A stretch of 64,000 nt of DNA from assembly GCA_028819215.1 (NCBI GenBank), contig JAPPMG010000066.1:110946-174945 (forward strand). Reading direction: 5' to 3'. The translations under genes were made by a program, and so were the position numbers. The first letter of the stretch is position 1. The number at the start of each line of letters is the position of its first letter. The stretch is from Bryobacterales bacterium. GTDB taxonomy: Bacteria; Acidobacteriota; Terriglobia; Bryobacterales; UBA6623. Below are positions 29,056 through 38,147 of the stretch, piece by piece. Below the pieces are notes generated by a model that did not search any database, was not told the origin of the DNA, and saw only the letters and a list, made by a program, of their open reading frames with translations.

Positions 29056-30702
29056 ATGAGCGCGGAGAGCAAGACTGCGGCACGCGACCCCGGGAGAGCC
29101 GCGCTGCGTCGTCGCGACTTCTTGCTGCTCTCCGCAAGCGGGGCCCTGCTGGGTTGTGCCGAGAGCGGCCCCCGACGACCGGCGCAGCGAAGCACCGAAT
29201 TTGAGCCGATGTGGGCCTCGGTCGCGGACCTGCGCGGCGGGCTCGCTTCGGGGCAGCTGACAGCCCGCTCGATTTGCGAGGCATTGCTAGATCGCATCGA
29301 GACCGTCGACGCGGCAGGGCCGAGCCTTAATTCGGTTATCGAGGTCAATCCCGCGGCTCTGAGCGAAGCCGACCGGCTCGATTCCGAGCGACGGGCCGGA
29401 GAGCTGCGCGGGCCGTTGCACGGCATTCCCGTCATGCTGAAGGACAACATCGACACAGCGGACGACATGCAGACCACTGCGGGGTCGCTTGCGCTGGTCG
29501 ATTCGGGAGTCCCGCGGGACTCGGCAGTAGCGGCCAAGCTGCGCAGCGCCGGCGCACTGCTCATAGCAAAGACCAACCTCAGCGAATGGGCCAACTTCCG
29601 CTCCAGAGATTCCACCAGCGGCTGGAGCGCCCGTGGCGGGCTGACCCGCAATCCGTACTTTTTGGACCGCAATGCCTGCGGATCCAGCTCGGGCTCGGGG
29701 GTCGCCGTCTCGGCCGGACTGACTCCGCTGGCGATCGGCACCGAGACCAACGGTTCGATCGTCTGCCCGTCGTCCGTCAACGGCATCGTGGGCATCAAGC
29801 CGACCGTCGGCTTGGTCGGCCGTTCCGGAATCGTCCCCATTTCGCACACCCAAGACACTGCCGGTCCGATGGCGCGCACGGTGGCCGACGCGGCGGAGCT
29901 GCTTGGCGCGCTGGCCGGAGCGGACCCGCTGGATACGGCCACGCACTCCGGCGGCGCAGGAGCGCCGGGAAGCTATACCGAATTCCTCGACGATGGCGCA
30001 TTGCGGGGATCTCGAATCGGATTGCTGCGAGAGTACTGGGGCCGTCACCCCGGCATCGACCGGATGCTTGACGATGCGGTGGCCGCCATGCGATCCGGCG
30101 GGGCGGAGCTGATCGACATCGCCGAGTTGCCTCGCATCCGCGAGTCGAACGGCCCCGGCTTCGAATTGATGTTGTATGAATTCAAGGCCGGCTTGAATAC
30201 CTACCTTTCTGGCCTGTCGGCGACTGCAAAGGTGCGCACGCTGGCAGATGTGATCCGCTTCAACGAAACAAACCGCGCCGCTGAGATGCCCTACTTTGGC
30301 CAAGACATCCTCGAGTCGGCCGAGGAAAAGGGACCGCTCACAGACCAGGCATACTTAGACGCCGTTACCGCAAGCCGCGACCGCTGCCGGGCCGCTATCG
30401 ACACGACCATGAGCGAGCTGGAGCTTGACGCCCTATTCGCTCCGACCACAGGACCGGCTTGGGTCACAGATCTCGTGCATGGCGACCGGTCTTCGTTTCC
30501 CAGCTGCTCTTCGGCCGCCGCCCGGGCGGGTTACCCGCACGTCACGGTTCCGGGCGGGTTCGTGCTCGGCTTGCCGGTGGGTGTTTCGTTCTTCGGCCCG
30601 GCCTGGTCCGAGCCGAGGCTGATCGGCCTAGCGCACTCGTTCGAGCAGTCGACGCGGCACCGCGACGTGCCCCGGATGCAGCCGGGGACTGGCCCGGCTT
30701 AG
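29056..30702 (+). CDS. Amidase-signature family amidase, Tat/lipoprotein-type signal
   Basis: 'RRRDFLLLSASGALLGCA'. Amidase signature 'GIPVMLKDNIDT' plus 'CGSSSGSGVAVS'. Confidence 0.9.
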   Translation: MSAESKTAARDPGRAALRRRDFLLLSASGALLGCAESGPRRPAQRSTEFEPMWASVADLRGGLASGQLTARSICEALLDRIETVDAAGPSLNSVIEVNPAALSEADRLDSERRAGELRGPLHGIPVMLKDNIDTADDMQTTAGSLALVDSGVPRDSAVAAKLRSAGALLIAKTNLSEWANFRSRDSTSGWSARGGLTRNPYFLDRNACGSSSGSGVAVSAGLTPLAIGTETNGSIVCPSSVNGIVGIKPTVGLVGRSGIVPISHTQDTAGPMARTVADAAELLGALAGADPLDTATHSGGAGAPGSYTEFLDDGALRGSRIGLLREYWGRHPGIDRMLDDAVAAMRSGGAELIDIAELPRIRESNGPGFELMLYEFKAGLNTYLSGLSATAKVRTLADVIRFNETNRAAEMPYFGQDILESAEEKGPLTDQAYLDAVTASRDRCRAAIDTTMSELELDALFAPTTGPAWVTDLVHGDRSSFPSCSSAAARAGYPHVTVPGGFVLGLPVGVSFFGPAWSEPRLIGLAHSFEQSTRHRDVPRMQPGTGPA

Positions 30703-33506
30703 TCCGTCGTCACCCAGATCGGGGAGGACCACGCGACGTTGCCGTCGTTCTGGACGACCCTGACGTAGTAGTAGTCTTCGCCCGGCGCCTTGCTCGCGTC
30801 CTCGTAGTTGAACTCGACGTCCTGCGGGAGTTTCTGGCGGGTATACAAGAACTCTTGGTTCTTGATGATGTCAATCTGGCGGATCGGCGACGTGCCCAAG
30901 ATGTTGACCTTCAGGCGGAAGTCGCCGTCGACCTTCACGATGTCGCCCTGAAGGTATTCGCCACCGTTAGCCTCCATGCGGTAGTCCAGCACGATGTTGT
31001 CGGTAGCGCCGTAGTTGTGGCGCTGCTTCATGGCGTCTATGAGCCCCTCGCGCGTGAACTCTTCTGCAATCGTACAGGCGTACGAGTAATGGGTCGACAA
31101 ATGGTCCGACGCGGCTTGCACGCCCAGCTTGTAGCCCTTGGCCCAGGCGTTCCAGACATAACCAGCCGGCTCGAAGCCGCCCGCTTGCGTCGTCGGCCGA
31201 TCACCGTCCGCCGCTAGGGGGGCACCTTCGTATTCGGCCGACACACGATCGCCCTGGAAAATCTCCACCAAGGGCTCGACCTCGGGATCGTTGTCACGCC
31301 AATCTGTTCCCATACCCGTGGCTGACGTGTGAGAAATCGCAATGCCGCCGTTTCCGCGCAAGTACTCGTAGAGGCGGCCAGCCCCGCTCGCGTGGCTGGA
31401 CTCCTCGGGCAGGATGGGCAGTGTCGGGGTGCCGCGCTTGGGCAACAGGATGTTTCGATGGCCGTCCGGGTACCGGACCGAGCGCTCGTAACCGTAGAAC
31501 GGCTGGAACGCCCCGCTGACCGAGAAGAGATCGGCCGCCTGCTGCAACACCCAGTTGATGTACGGGTTGTCCGGACCGCCTTGGAAATTGTGCTCGCTGA
31601 CGAGCAGGTAGTCGAGGCTAGCGGCATCGAGCGCGTAGCGATAGGTCTGGAACAGGGAACCGTCGTTATTCCCGTCCATCGAAAACTCGGTGTGCCGGTG
31701 AGTATCGCCTCGGTAGATCTTGTAGGTCTTGCCCCCGGAACTGATCTCATAGCCGCGCAATCGCTTTAGGTCTTCGACCTCCGTGGGCGCCACGTTGTGG
31801 AACTGCACTACCCGCTCGGGCCTGACCCTCAGATCAGGTGCAGCGGCCGTGCGCCCCAGCGCCGGCAGCTTCGCCGCGAAGACGTCCGTGTGCTGATAGA
31901 GAAAGTCGGCGTAGTCACGGCCATCGGACTGCCACGCAGCGATCAAGCTTCCGGCGCCGTCGGGAGCTACCCCCCAGCGCACATCTTGCCGACTGCCGCT
32001 GGACGGAATCTCGTACGGAGTGGTCCATTCGTCGCCGTCCAGAGTGCTCGCCCAGATCTGCCATACCGCGCGGTGCAGTGGCGTGTCGAAAGGCATGTCG
32101 CGCTGTCGGATCGTGCGATGGCGTCCGAACAGCCAGATCCGTCCGTCGTCGTCAGCGACCAGCTTCGGAAAGTCGTTATGCCGGCTGTCCATATGAGATG
32201 GAAGCGACATGTTGATGTCATCGGCCGGGACCTGCCATTCGATGCCGTCAAGCACTGCCACCCGCGTCTGGCGGTACTCGTAGAGCAGCGTGCCTTCGAC
32301 GGGGAGCATGAAGCCCGTATCCTTGCCCCAGTTCAGGCCACTCTCGTTCCAAGCCGCCCATAGGCGGTTCTGGCCGTCCACCGCTAGCGAGACGTGTGCC
32401 TCATAAAGCGGCGTGTCGGCTATCGGCTCGGGACTGGCGGCCCAGCGCTCGCCGTCCCAGGTGCGCATCAACACGTCGTAGTTGCCAGATCCGTAGCTAT
32501 CCCATGCAATGTGTACTTCGTGGTCCCTTCCAGCAGCGACGACCGGCTCCCAGTCATTCGCCGAAGACGCGGAAACGAGCTGGGCGGGCACCCACTGCCC
32601 GTCCACATAGCGCTTGGCGAAGATGTCCGACTGGCCATCCCGAAAGCCTTGCCAGACCAGCCAGATGTGACCGCCAGTCGTAGTCGCCATGTTCGGCAGC
32701 ACGTCCGGCTGGGGCGCTTCGGTCAGCCGGACCGTGGATCCCCAAGAGCCCTCCGTGAGGGATCTGCCATACAGATCGAAATTGCCGTCGCGTTGTTCGG
32801 CCCAAACGAACCAGACGCTGCCATCTCCGGCGCGGCCGATCTGGACCATGTGGATATCGCCGGGTGACTCGGTGACCGTTTCGACCGGCCCCCATGCGCC
32901 GCCTTGGAACGTCCGCGTCAGCACTACGTCGGCTCCGTCGCGGAATGCCACCCACGCCGTGCGGGCAGAACCGTCGGTCCCTCCGAGCACAGCGGGATAG
33001 TCGTCTTCGGCCTCAGGGCCAGTCAGCTTCTCCACAGTGGGAACCCTGTCGACCACGGCAGAGCCGCCCAAGAATTCCAACGGCTCGCCCAAGCGCACGT
33101 CGCTCAGCGGGAATGCGAAGTCCCCTTGCAGCGTGGCGATGCGGACTTCCGCAGCGGAAGCGCCCCTGATGTCTAGCACCACGCCGGGCGTCCAGAAATA
33201 CGTCTTGACGTGCCGATCGGGAATGTTCTCATAGGCGCGCCAGTTGTAGTTCACGCCCTTGCGCGTCGAAAACCGCCAGCTCCCCGCAGGATCGACCGAG
33301 TTTTCCGGCCTCGGGTGCCAGTCAGAGGCTTGCAGCAATTCACCGCCCGAGACCGTGGCCGAGCCGTCCCACTTGGTTTCGACAACATCCGAGATGCCGA
33401 AACGCACGCGCACCGAGACGGTCTCTTGAGCCGCTAGAGGCACAGCGGCAACAAGCACTGCGAAGAGCAACGAGAACTGGAAAACGCGGAGATTCGAAGC
33501 GGACAT
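30699..33506 (-). CDS. Large secreted protein: N-terminal repeat (beta-propeller-like) region plus C-terminal PHP/CehA-McbA-like metallohydrolase domain
   Basis: Signal peptide 'MSASNLRVFQFSLLFAVLVAAVPLAAQ' (ATG at 33506). Repeated units 'DGSVWFVWAEQRDGNFDLYGR', 'GGHIWLVWQGFRDGQSDIFAKR' and 'DHEVHIAWDSYGSGNYDVLMR'. PHP-type metal motifs 'GDTHRHTEFSMDG' and 'LLVSEHN'. Confidence 0.6.
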   Translation of the reverse strand: MSASNLRVFQFSLLFAVLVAAVPLAAQETVSVRVRFGISDVVETKWDGSATVSGGELLQASDWHPRPENSVDPAGSWRFSTRKGVNYNWRAYENIPDRHVKTYFWTPGVVLDIRGASAAEVRIATLQGDFAFPLSDVRLGEPLEFLGGSAVVDRVPTVEKLTGPEAEDDYPAVLGGTDGSARTAWVAFRDGADVVLTRTFQGGAWGPVETVTESPGDIHMVQIGRAGDGSVWFVWAEQRDGNFDLYGRSLTEGSWGSTVRLTEAPQPDVLPNMATTTGGHIWLVWQGFRDGQSDIFAKRYVDGQWVPAQLVSASSANDWEPVVAAGRDHEVHIAWDSYGSGNYDVLMRTWDGERWAASPEPIADTPLYEAHVSLAVDGQNRLWAAWNESGLNWGKDTGFMLPVEGTLLYEYRQTRVAVLDGIEWQVPADDINMSLPSHMDSRHNDFPKLVADDDGRIWLFGRHRTIRQRDMPFDTPLHRAVWQIWASTLDGDEWTTPYEIPSSGSRQDVRWGVAPDGAGSLIAAWQSDGRDYADFLYQHTDVFAAKLPALGRTAAAPDLRVRPERVVQFHNVAPTEVEDLKRLRGYEISSGGKTYKIYRGDTHRHTEFSMDGNNDGSLFQTYRYALDAASLDYLLVSEHNFQGGPDNPYINWVLQQAADLFSVSGAFQPFYGYERSVRYPDGHRNILLPKRGTPTLPILPEESSHASGAGRLYEYLRGNGGIAISHTSATGMGTDWRDNDPEVEPLVEIFQGDRVSAEYEGAPLAADGDRPTTQAGGFEPAGYVWNAWAKGYKLGVQAASDHLSTHYSYACTIAEEFTREGLIDAMKQRHNYGATDNIVLDYRMEANGGEYLQGDIVKVDGDFRLKVNILGTSPIRQIDIIKNQEFLYTRQKLPQDVEFNYEDASKAPGEDYYYVRVVQNDGNVAWSSPIWVTTD

Positions 33507-33795
33507 GACGGTCTTGATCCTCACAACCAAACCCCGCATTCTACCAAGGCCTACCGTCCGAAGGTCCCCGGACTCCCGGTGCAAAGAGCTCGGCAAAACC
33601 CGCACTGCCGCTGTGCGCGGGCGAGGCCCCAGAAGTGGCGCAAGGCCAAGATCCTTCCCACGCCGGGCGGCAAGCGCCGCTGCAAGCTAGGTCCGAACCT
33701 GCTCGACCGAGCACGGGCTCGGACCATCGAACTCAGCGGGTGGCGCTTGCGACAAACGCGGCCATCAGGTCTGACACACGACCGACGGGGACACC

Positions 33796-33824
33796 TTGAC
33801 AATGTAGGCTCATGTAGCTACAAT
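33796..33824 (+). promoter_or_regulatory. Near-consensus sigma70 promoter, probably giving a leaderless phd/yefM-vapC transcript
   Basis: TTGACA (33796-33801), exactly 17 nt, then TACAAT (33819-33824). The ATG of the antitoxin is at 33833, only 8 nt after the -10 element. The spacer holds two ATGTAG copies 10 bp apart (33802-33807 and 33812-33817). Confidence 0.55.
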
Positions 33825-33832
33825 CGGATGCG

Positions 33833-34123
33833 ATGAAGACATCGGGTGTACGCGAGGTCAAGAACCGCCTGAGCGCGTATCTCCGCATGGTAGAGCAGGG
33901 CGAGCGCGTGGCGATTACCCACCACGGGCGGGTCGTGGCCGAATTGGGCCCTCCTACGCACGCCACCGAGGAAGAAGCCAACGCTGGGCTGCGGCGTCGA
34001 GCCCTCGCCGGATCGGTTCGCCTAGGTGCGGCGAACCGCCCCGACGTTTACCCCAGGCCTGCCGGCCGGTTGCCTTCCCGGGTCGTACAGGATCTGCTCG
34101 ACGAGACCAGGGGCGAAAGGTGA
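33833..34123 (+). CDS. Type II antitoxin, Phd/YefM (prevent-host-death) family
   Basis: 'MKTSGVREVKNRLSAYLRMVEQGERVAITHHGRVVAEL' is a typical Phd/YefM N-terminal domain. GTGA overlap with the downstream PIN gene. Confidence 0.8.
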   Translation: MKTSGVREVKNRLSAYLRMVEQGERVAITHHGRVVAELGPPTHATEEEANAGLRRRALAGSVRLGAANRPDVYPRPAGRLPSRVVQDLLDETRGER

Positions 34124-34581
34124 CGGTCTATGCGGAGACGAGTGCCGTCCTTGCATGGCTGCTCGACGAAGAGCACGCAGGGCGCGCTGGCCTTGCTTGG
34201 TCGCAACTTGTCGCCGCCGATGCTGTCCACACCTCGGATCTGACGCTCGTCGAGTGTGATCGGGCGCTCCGACGGGCCATCAATACCGGGCGAATCAGTG
34301 CCAGCGAATCATTGCGGCTCCACGCAGTCGTCGATAGGGCGTCAGCCTTTTGGACCCTCCACGGCATGGACGCGGAAGTTGTCGAGCGGTCCCGACGGTC
34401 GTTTCCTTGCGAGCCGATCAGGTCGCTGGATGCCCTTCATCTGGCAACTGCGCTGGTCGTTCGGAATCTGTCGCCCGAGGTGCAGGTCCTGTCGTTCGAT
34501 GATCGAATTCGCGACAATGCGACCGCCCTCGGGCTCGACGTGGTACCGCCGATGGCCAGGCAGCCGGCTCCTTCTGGCTGA
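34120..34581 (+). CDS. vapC: Type II toxin, PIN-domain (VapC-like) ribonuclease
   Basis: PIN layout: N-terminal 'VYAETSAVLAW', 'SLDALHLATAL', and C-terminal 'SFDDRIRDNA'. Translationally coupled to the antitoxin. Confidence 0.75.
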   Translation: MTVYAETSAVLAWLLDEEHAGRAGLAWSQLVAADAVHTSDLTLVECDRALRRAINTGRISASESLRLHAVVDRASAFWTLHGMDAEVVERSRRSFPCEPIRSLDALHLATALVVRNLSPEVQVLSFDDRIRDNATALGLDVVPPMARQPAPSG

Positions 34582-34772
34582 CGATCATTCGTGCCACTTG
34601 CCCTATTCGCTCTATCGCATCCAGCAAGCGGCCAAGCTGGTAGTCCATGAACGAAACGGACCGCATAGCAGCCTGGCTGGGATATCCACCGGTTTTCTCC
34701 GCTCATGCCCACGTGATTCGAAAGAGATGGCCACAGGCCTGGGGCAGGCGGAGGGATGCCGTCGGAATCGCC
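34582..34772 (-). pseudogene. Frameshifted internal fragment (~64 codons) of a sulfatase paralog
   Basis: Two minus-strand frames together read 'GDSDGIPPPAPGLWPSLSNHVGMSGENRWISQPGCYA' then 'SVSFMDYQLGRLLDAIERIGQ'. These match 'DDLDDIPAPAKNLRPFLWNQMGMSEENQRISLRGYYASVSFMDYQLGRVLDALERLGQ' of the intact sulfatase at 35602-37017. The DNA at 34620-34740 also aligns visibly with 36120-36240. No start, no catalytic N-terminus, and one frame switch near 34660-34667. Confidence 0.8.
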
Positions 34773-34809
34773 TAAACATCCGCAGTCTAGCCGTGGTATG
34801 GTTTTCCAT

Positions 34810-35049
34810 ATGAAGACAACGCTGAACATCGCTGACTCTGTCATGCAGCGACTCCGAGAAGAGGCTGCCAGGAGAGGAACCACGATGTCGCTGCTCGTGG
34901 AGGCTGGCCTTAGGCGTGTCCTCTCTGAACCCACATCGTCCAATTCACCAACAACGGAGCTTCCTCCGCTACCGACTTGGAACGGCGGAGAAGAATTGGT
35001 CGACATCTCGAATCGGGACCTGCTCTACAAGGTGATGGAAGAGGAGTAG
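34810..35049 (+). CDS. vapB: Type II antitoxin, VapB-like (ribbon-helix-helix / DUF2191-type)
   Basis: 'MKTTLNIADSVMQRLREEAARRGTTMSLLVEAGLRRVL' is typical of small RHH antitoxins paired with PIN toxins. The stop is 1 nt before the downstream PIN gene start. Confidence 0.7.
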   Translation: MKTTLNIADSVMQRLREEAARRGTTMSLLVEAGLRRVLSEPTSSNSPTTELPPLPTWNGGEELVDISNRDLLYKVMEEE

Positions 35050-35050
35050 T

Positions 35051-35503
35051 GTGCTGTTGTTTGACACGAACGTCCTTGTGTACGCCGCTAACAAGGATTC
35101 AGCGTTTCATCTCTCATGCAGCCAGTGGCTTGCAGAGGCGCGCAGGGACCCCTCCCCGGCGTTCCTCACTTGGAGCGTGTGCTACGAGTTCCTGCGAGTA
35201 ACCACACACCCGCGCGTGCTGCGCTCGCCGTGGAGTCCTAAGGACGCGCATCGCTATCTTTCTGACTTGCTGGGATCGCCCGGATTCGACCTGCTGGTTT
35301 CAACTCCTCGGCACGCAGCAGTGTTGGCGCAAACTATGTCGGAGCTCCCGGATCTTCGCGGGAACTTGATGCACGATCTTCACACAGCCGTCCTGATGCG
35401 CGAGCACGGCGTTAGCCGAATATGTACCCGCGACAGCGATTTTCGTCAGTTTCCCTTTCTAACGATCATCGATCCAGTACAACGACTCAGCGCTAGCGAG
35501 TGA
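35051..35503 (+). CDS. vapC: Type II toxin, PIN-domain VapC
   Basis: 'LLFDTNVLVYAANKDSAFH', '...MHDLHTAVLMREHG' and '..ICTRDSDFRQF' place the PIN acidic residues at the canonical positions. GTG start at 35051. Confidence 0.8.
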   Translation: MLLFDTNVLVYAANKDSAFHLSCSQWLAEARRDPSPAFLTWSVCYEFLRVTTHPRVLRSPWSPKDAHRYLSDLLGSPGFDLLVSTPRHAAVLAQTMSELPDLRGNLMHDLHTAVLMREHGVSRICTRDSDFRQFPFLTIIDPVQRLSASE

Positions 35504-35601
35504 CCGATCCTCGCGGACTCAAACAACTGGATCGTACTTCGGGCGGTCCGTTGCCGACCGCAACATCAATGCCCAAGATTATGGGTCTTCACACTCGACC
35601 G

Positions 35602-37017
35602 CTACGCTCCCGGTTCGGCAGGCCCCTGTGAGAGCCTAGACCGCATTCGCTCCAATCCGTCAGCGTGCTGGGGGTCGGCCACAAGATTCGTGAACTCCCG
35701 CGGGTCCGTCGTGTGGTCGTAGAGTTCTTCGCCGCCGCCGTCCCCTTCCCAGCGGATGTAGCGATACCGGTCTGTCCGCACGGTTCGGCCAAAGATGCGG
35801 TCCTCCCACTGAACCTGCGAGAACGCGGCATCCTTCACCGAGGCGGTGGGATCGTCAAGCAGGGGGGCCAAACTGACCCCCTCCAGCCCAGCAGGCGCGG
35901 CCAAACCGCATAGGTCGGCCAGTGTGGGATAGAAGTCCACAAACTCCACCATGGCCTTCGAAGCGCGGCCATTGCCGCGCATGCCAGGCGCTGAGATGAT
36001 CAGGGGCGCCTTGACGGACTCTTCCATCAGGCTCATCTTCTGCCAGTGCGTGTGCTCTCCGAGGTGCCAGCCGTGGTCGCCGAAGAACAGCACGACCGTC
36101 CGATCCGCCTGCCCCAACCTCTCCAATGCATCCAGCACACGTCCGAGTTGGTAGTCCATGAACGAGACAGACGCGTAGTAGCCCCGAAGAGAAATCCGCT
36201 GGTTCTCCTCGCTCATGCCCATCTGATTCCAAAGAAACGGTCGCAGGTTCTTCGCGGGCGCCGGGATGTCGTCAAGATCATCCGGCGGGTTCGAGATGAG
36301 CTCGATCTCCTCCAAGGGATACATATCGAAAAACTCAGTTGGGGCGACGAACGGCACGTGCGGTCGGACGAATCCCAGCCCCAGGAAAAAGGGCTGGTCG
36401 GCGGTGGACTCGAGCAGGTCGATCGCCGTGTCGGCGGCCGCGGCATCCGCCTGGCCGGTCGCATCGGCGGTTTGGACCCACTGCATCTTCAATCCGTTGC
36501 GCAGGTCCGGATTCGGATCGCCGCCCAGCCCTACGCTCTCGTCCTCGTCTCCCGGCGGGCTAATCGAGACATCCCACGAAGGCGGATCTTGGTGCCTCAT
36601 CGTCCCGACACCGCCAGGGACTCCCATGTGAAACATCTTCCCGACCCGCATCGAGCGCCAGCCGCTGTTCTTGAACAGCTGTGGGAGGGTGACGGCGTCG
36701 GGGTGCTTCTCGCGGAAGTTCACCATTGCATTGGTGACGACCCCGCTCGTGTCGGGACGCATTCCCGTCATCAGCGAGGCGCGGCTGGGCCCGCAGAACG
36801 GGAATTGACAATACGCGTTGTCGAATCGAACCCCGCGCGCGGCGAGGCGATCGATGTTCGGGGACTTGACGACCGGGTGGCCGTAGCAGGCCAGCGTGGA
36901 AGTGAGGTCGTCCGAGGCGACGAACAACACGTTGAGCGGGGGCTCGGAGCGCGCACACGCAGCTGCGCCCGTGGCAAGCATCGCTGCAAATTCGCGTCGC
37001 GAGAGCGAGTTAGTCAT
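35602..37017 (-). CDS. Sulfatase (formylglycine-dependent; arylsulfatase/iduronate-sulfatase-like), Tat signal
   Basis: 'SRREFAAMLATGAAACA'. Metal site 'VLFVASDDL'. FGly motif 'FCGPSRASLMTG'. 'FFGDHGWHLGEH' is also present. Confidence 0.9.
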   Translation of the reverse strand: MTNSLSRREFAAMLATGAAACARSEPPLNVLFVASDDLTSTLACYGHPVVKSPNIDRLAARGVRFDNAYCQFPFCGPSRASLMTGMRPDTSGVVTNAMVNFREKHPDAVTLPQLFKNSGWRSMRVGKMFHMGVPGGVGTMRHQDPPSWDVSISPPGDEDESVGLGGDPNPDLRNGLKMQWVQTADATGQADAAAADTAIDLLESTADQPFFLGLGFVRPHVPFVAPTEFFDMYPLEEIELISNPPDDLDDIPAPAKNLRPFLWNQMGMSEENQRISLRGYYASVSFMDYQLGRVLDALERLGQADRTVVLFFGDHGWHLGEHTHWQKMSLMEESVKAPLIISAPGMRGNGRASKAMVEFVDFYPTLADLCGLAAPAGLEGVSLAPLLDDPTASVKDAAFSQVQWEDRIFGRTVRTDRYRYIRWEGDGGGEELYDHTTDPREFTNLVADPQHADGLERMRSRLSQGPAEPGA

Positions 37018-37162
37018 GGCGGTCCCATTATTCCCGAGTCACCGAGCGCAACCCCACACGCGGACGTTGGCAGTGGCGGACCGAAGCCGCCACTCGCACG
37101 GCTCTGAATCGCCCGCAGTCCAGATCACGAGCAGTCAAAAGATCCTTCGCGGCGCATCGGCC

Positions 37163-38077
37163 TCAGGCAAGCTTCAACAGGCGGGCCGCATTGCCACCCA
37201 AGATCTTCCCAAGCATCGAGTCGCTGCCGCATAGACGCCGCACCGCTGCCAAGCCGTTTGCGCCGATGCAGTCTTGCCCCTCGCCGATGGTGTCATTGCA
37301 GTCGCTGGCCCACAGCAGGCGATCCTGATGCCGATCCAAGAATCCGCGGGCATGCTCCTCGTCGCGCAGCATCGAATTCAGCCCGGAGCCCGCCGAGAGA
37401 TCGCCGTACATGTTCGGGTAGTCGGACAGCAGGCGGTCTGTGATTCCGCCGGGTGTGACCGGCGTCTTGGGGTACATCACCGCCTGGTCATGCTTGGCGT
37501 CAACATTGCCCCACCAAGTCTGTGCGTGCCCGATGAAGTCGACCGTCGGGAACTTCTCCAGCATGGCCTGAAACCTTTCGATGCCGGTGTTGTAAGCCTC
37601 GTGCTGAAAGTGGATCAGTACGGGAACTTGGTAGTCGCGAGCGATCGAGTAGACGAGTTGCATGGCCTCCGAATCGCACGCAACCGGGAACTTCTGCTCG
37701 CCGATGCCCTTGGCGCCCAGTCCCAGATAGCGCTCGAGCACGGGCCGCGTTTGCTCGATGTCTGGAAGTTCGTTGGCAAACCACACGAACTCGGCCGGAA
37801 ACCGCTCCGCCAGCGCTACGACCGAGTCATTGCCGTAGGCGTCAGCCGCCAGCCCGTACCTCGACCCTGCGGGCAGCAGTACGGTCAGGTCGACTCCCAT
37901 CTTGCGCTGGTGGGCCACCAATTCGTCATCGCTGCGGCCCTTGTAGTTCGTGTGCTGGTGAAAATCGACCGTCAAGCGGCCAGCCTGCCCGCTCTCTTCT
38001 GACGGGCCGGGTTCCGACCCGCATCCGATTCCGGCAGCCGCGCCAGCGACCGATGTGATGAACTCTCGACGCCGCAT
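37163..38077 (-). CDS. Amidohydrolase-2 (metal-dependent TIM-barrel hydrolase), Tat signal
   Basis: The internal ATG at 38077 gives 'MRRREFITSVAGAAAGIGCG'. 'VDFHQHTNY' is an HxH metal motif. 'LWASDCND' lies in the C-terminal region. Confidence 0.7.
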   Translation of the reverse strand: MRRREFITSVAGAAAGIGCGSEPGPSEESGQAGRLTVDFHQHTNYKGRSDDELVAHQRKMGVDLTVLLPAGSRYGLAADAYGNDSVVALAERFPAEFVWFANELPDIEQTRPVLERYLGLGAKGIGEQKFPVACDSEAMQLVYSIARDYQVPVLIHFQHEAYNTGIERFQAMLEKFPTVDFIGHAQTWWGNVDAKHDQAVMYPKTPVTPGGITDRLLSDYPNMYGDLSAGSGLNSMLRDEEHARGFLDRHQDRLLWASDCNDTIGEGQDCIGANGLAAVRRLCGSDSMLGKILGGNAARLLKLA

Positions 38078-38147
38078 GCGGACATAGCATCGCACGAAAC
38101 GACTAGAGTGCAAGCTAGCGTCAGCGGTCCGCCATCGCATTGCTACG

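Noticed and set aside
33700-35600. Calling the TA islet, or the 47.7-49.9 kb islet, a mobile element.
   Set aside because: No integrase, transposase, recombinase, inverted terminal repeats or flanking direct repeats could be identified by eye. Only compositional and contextual hints are present.
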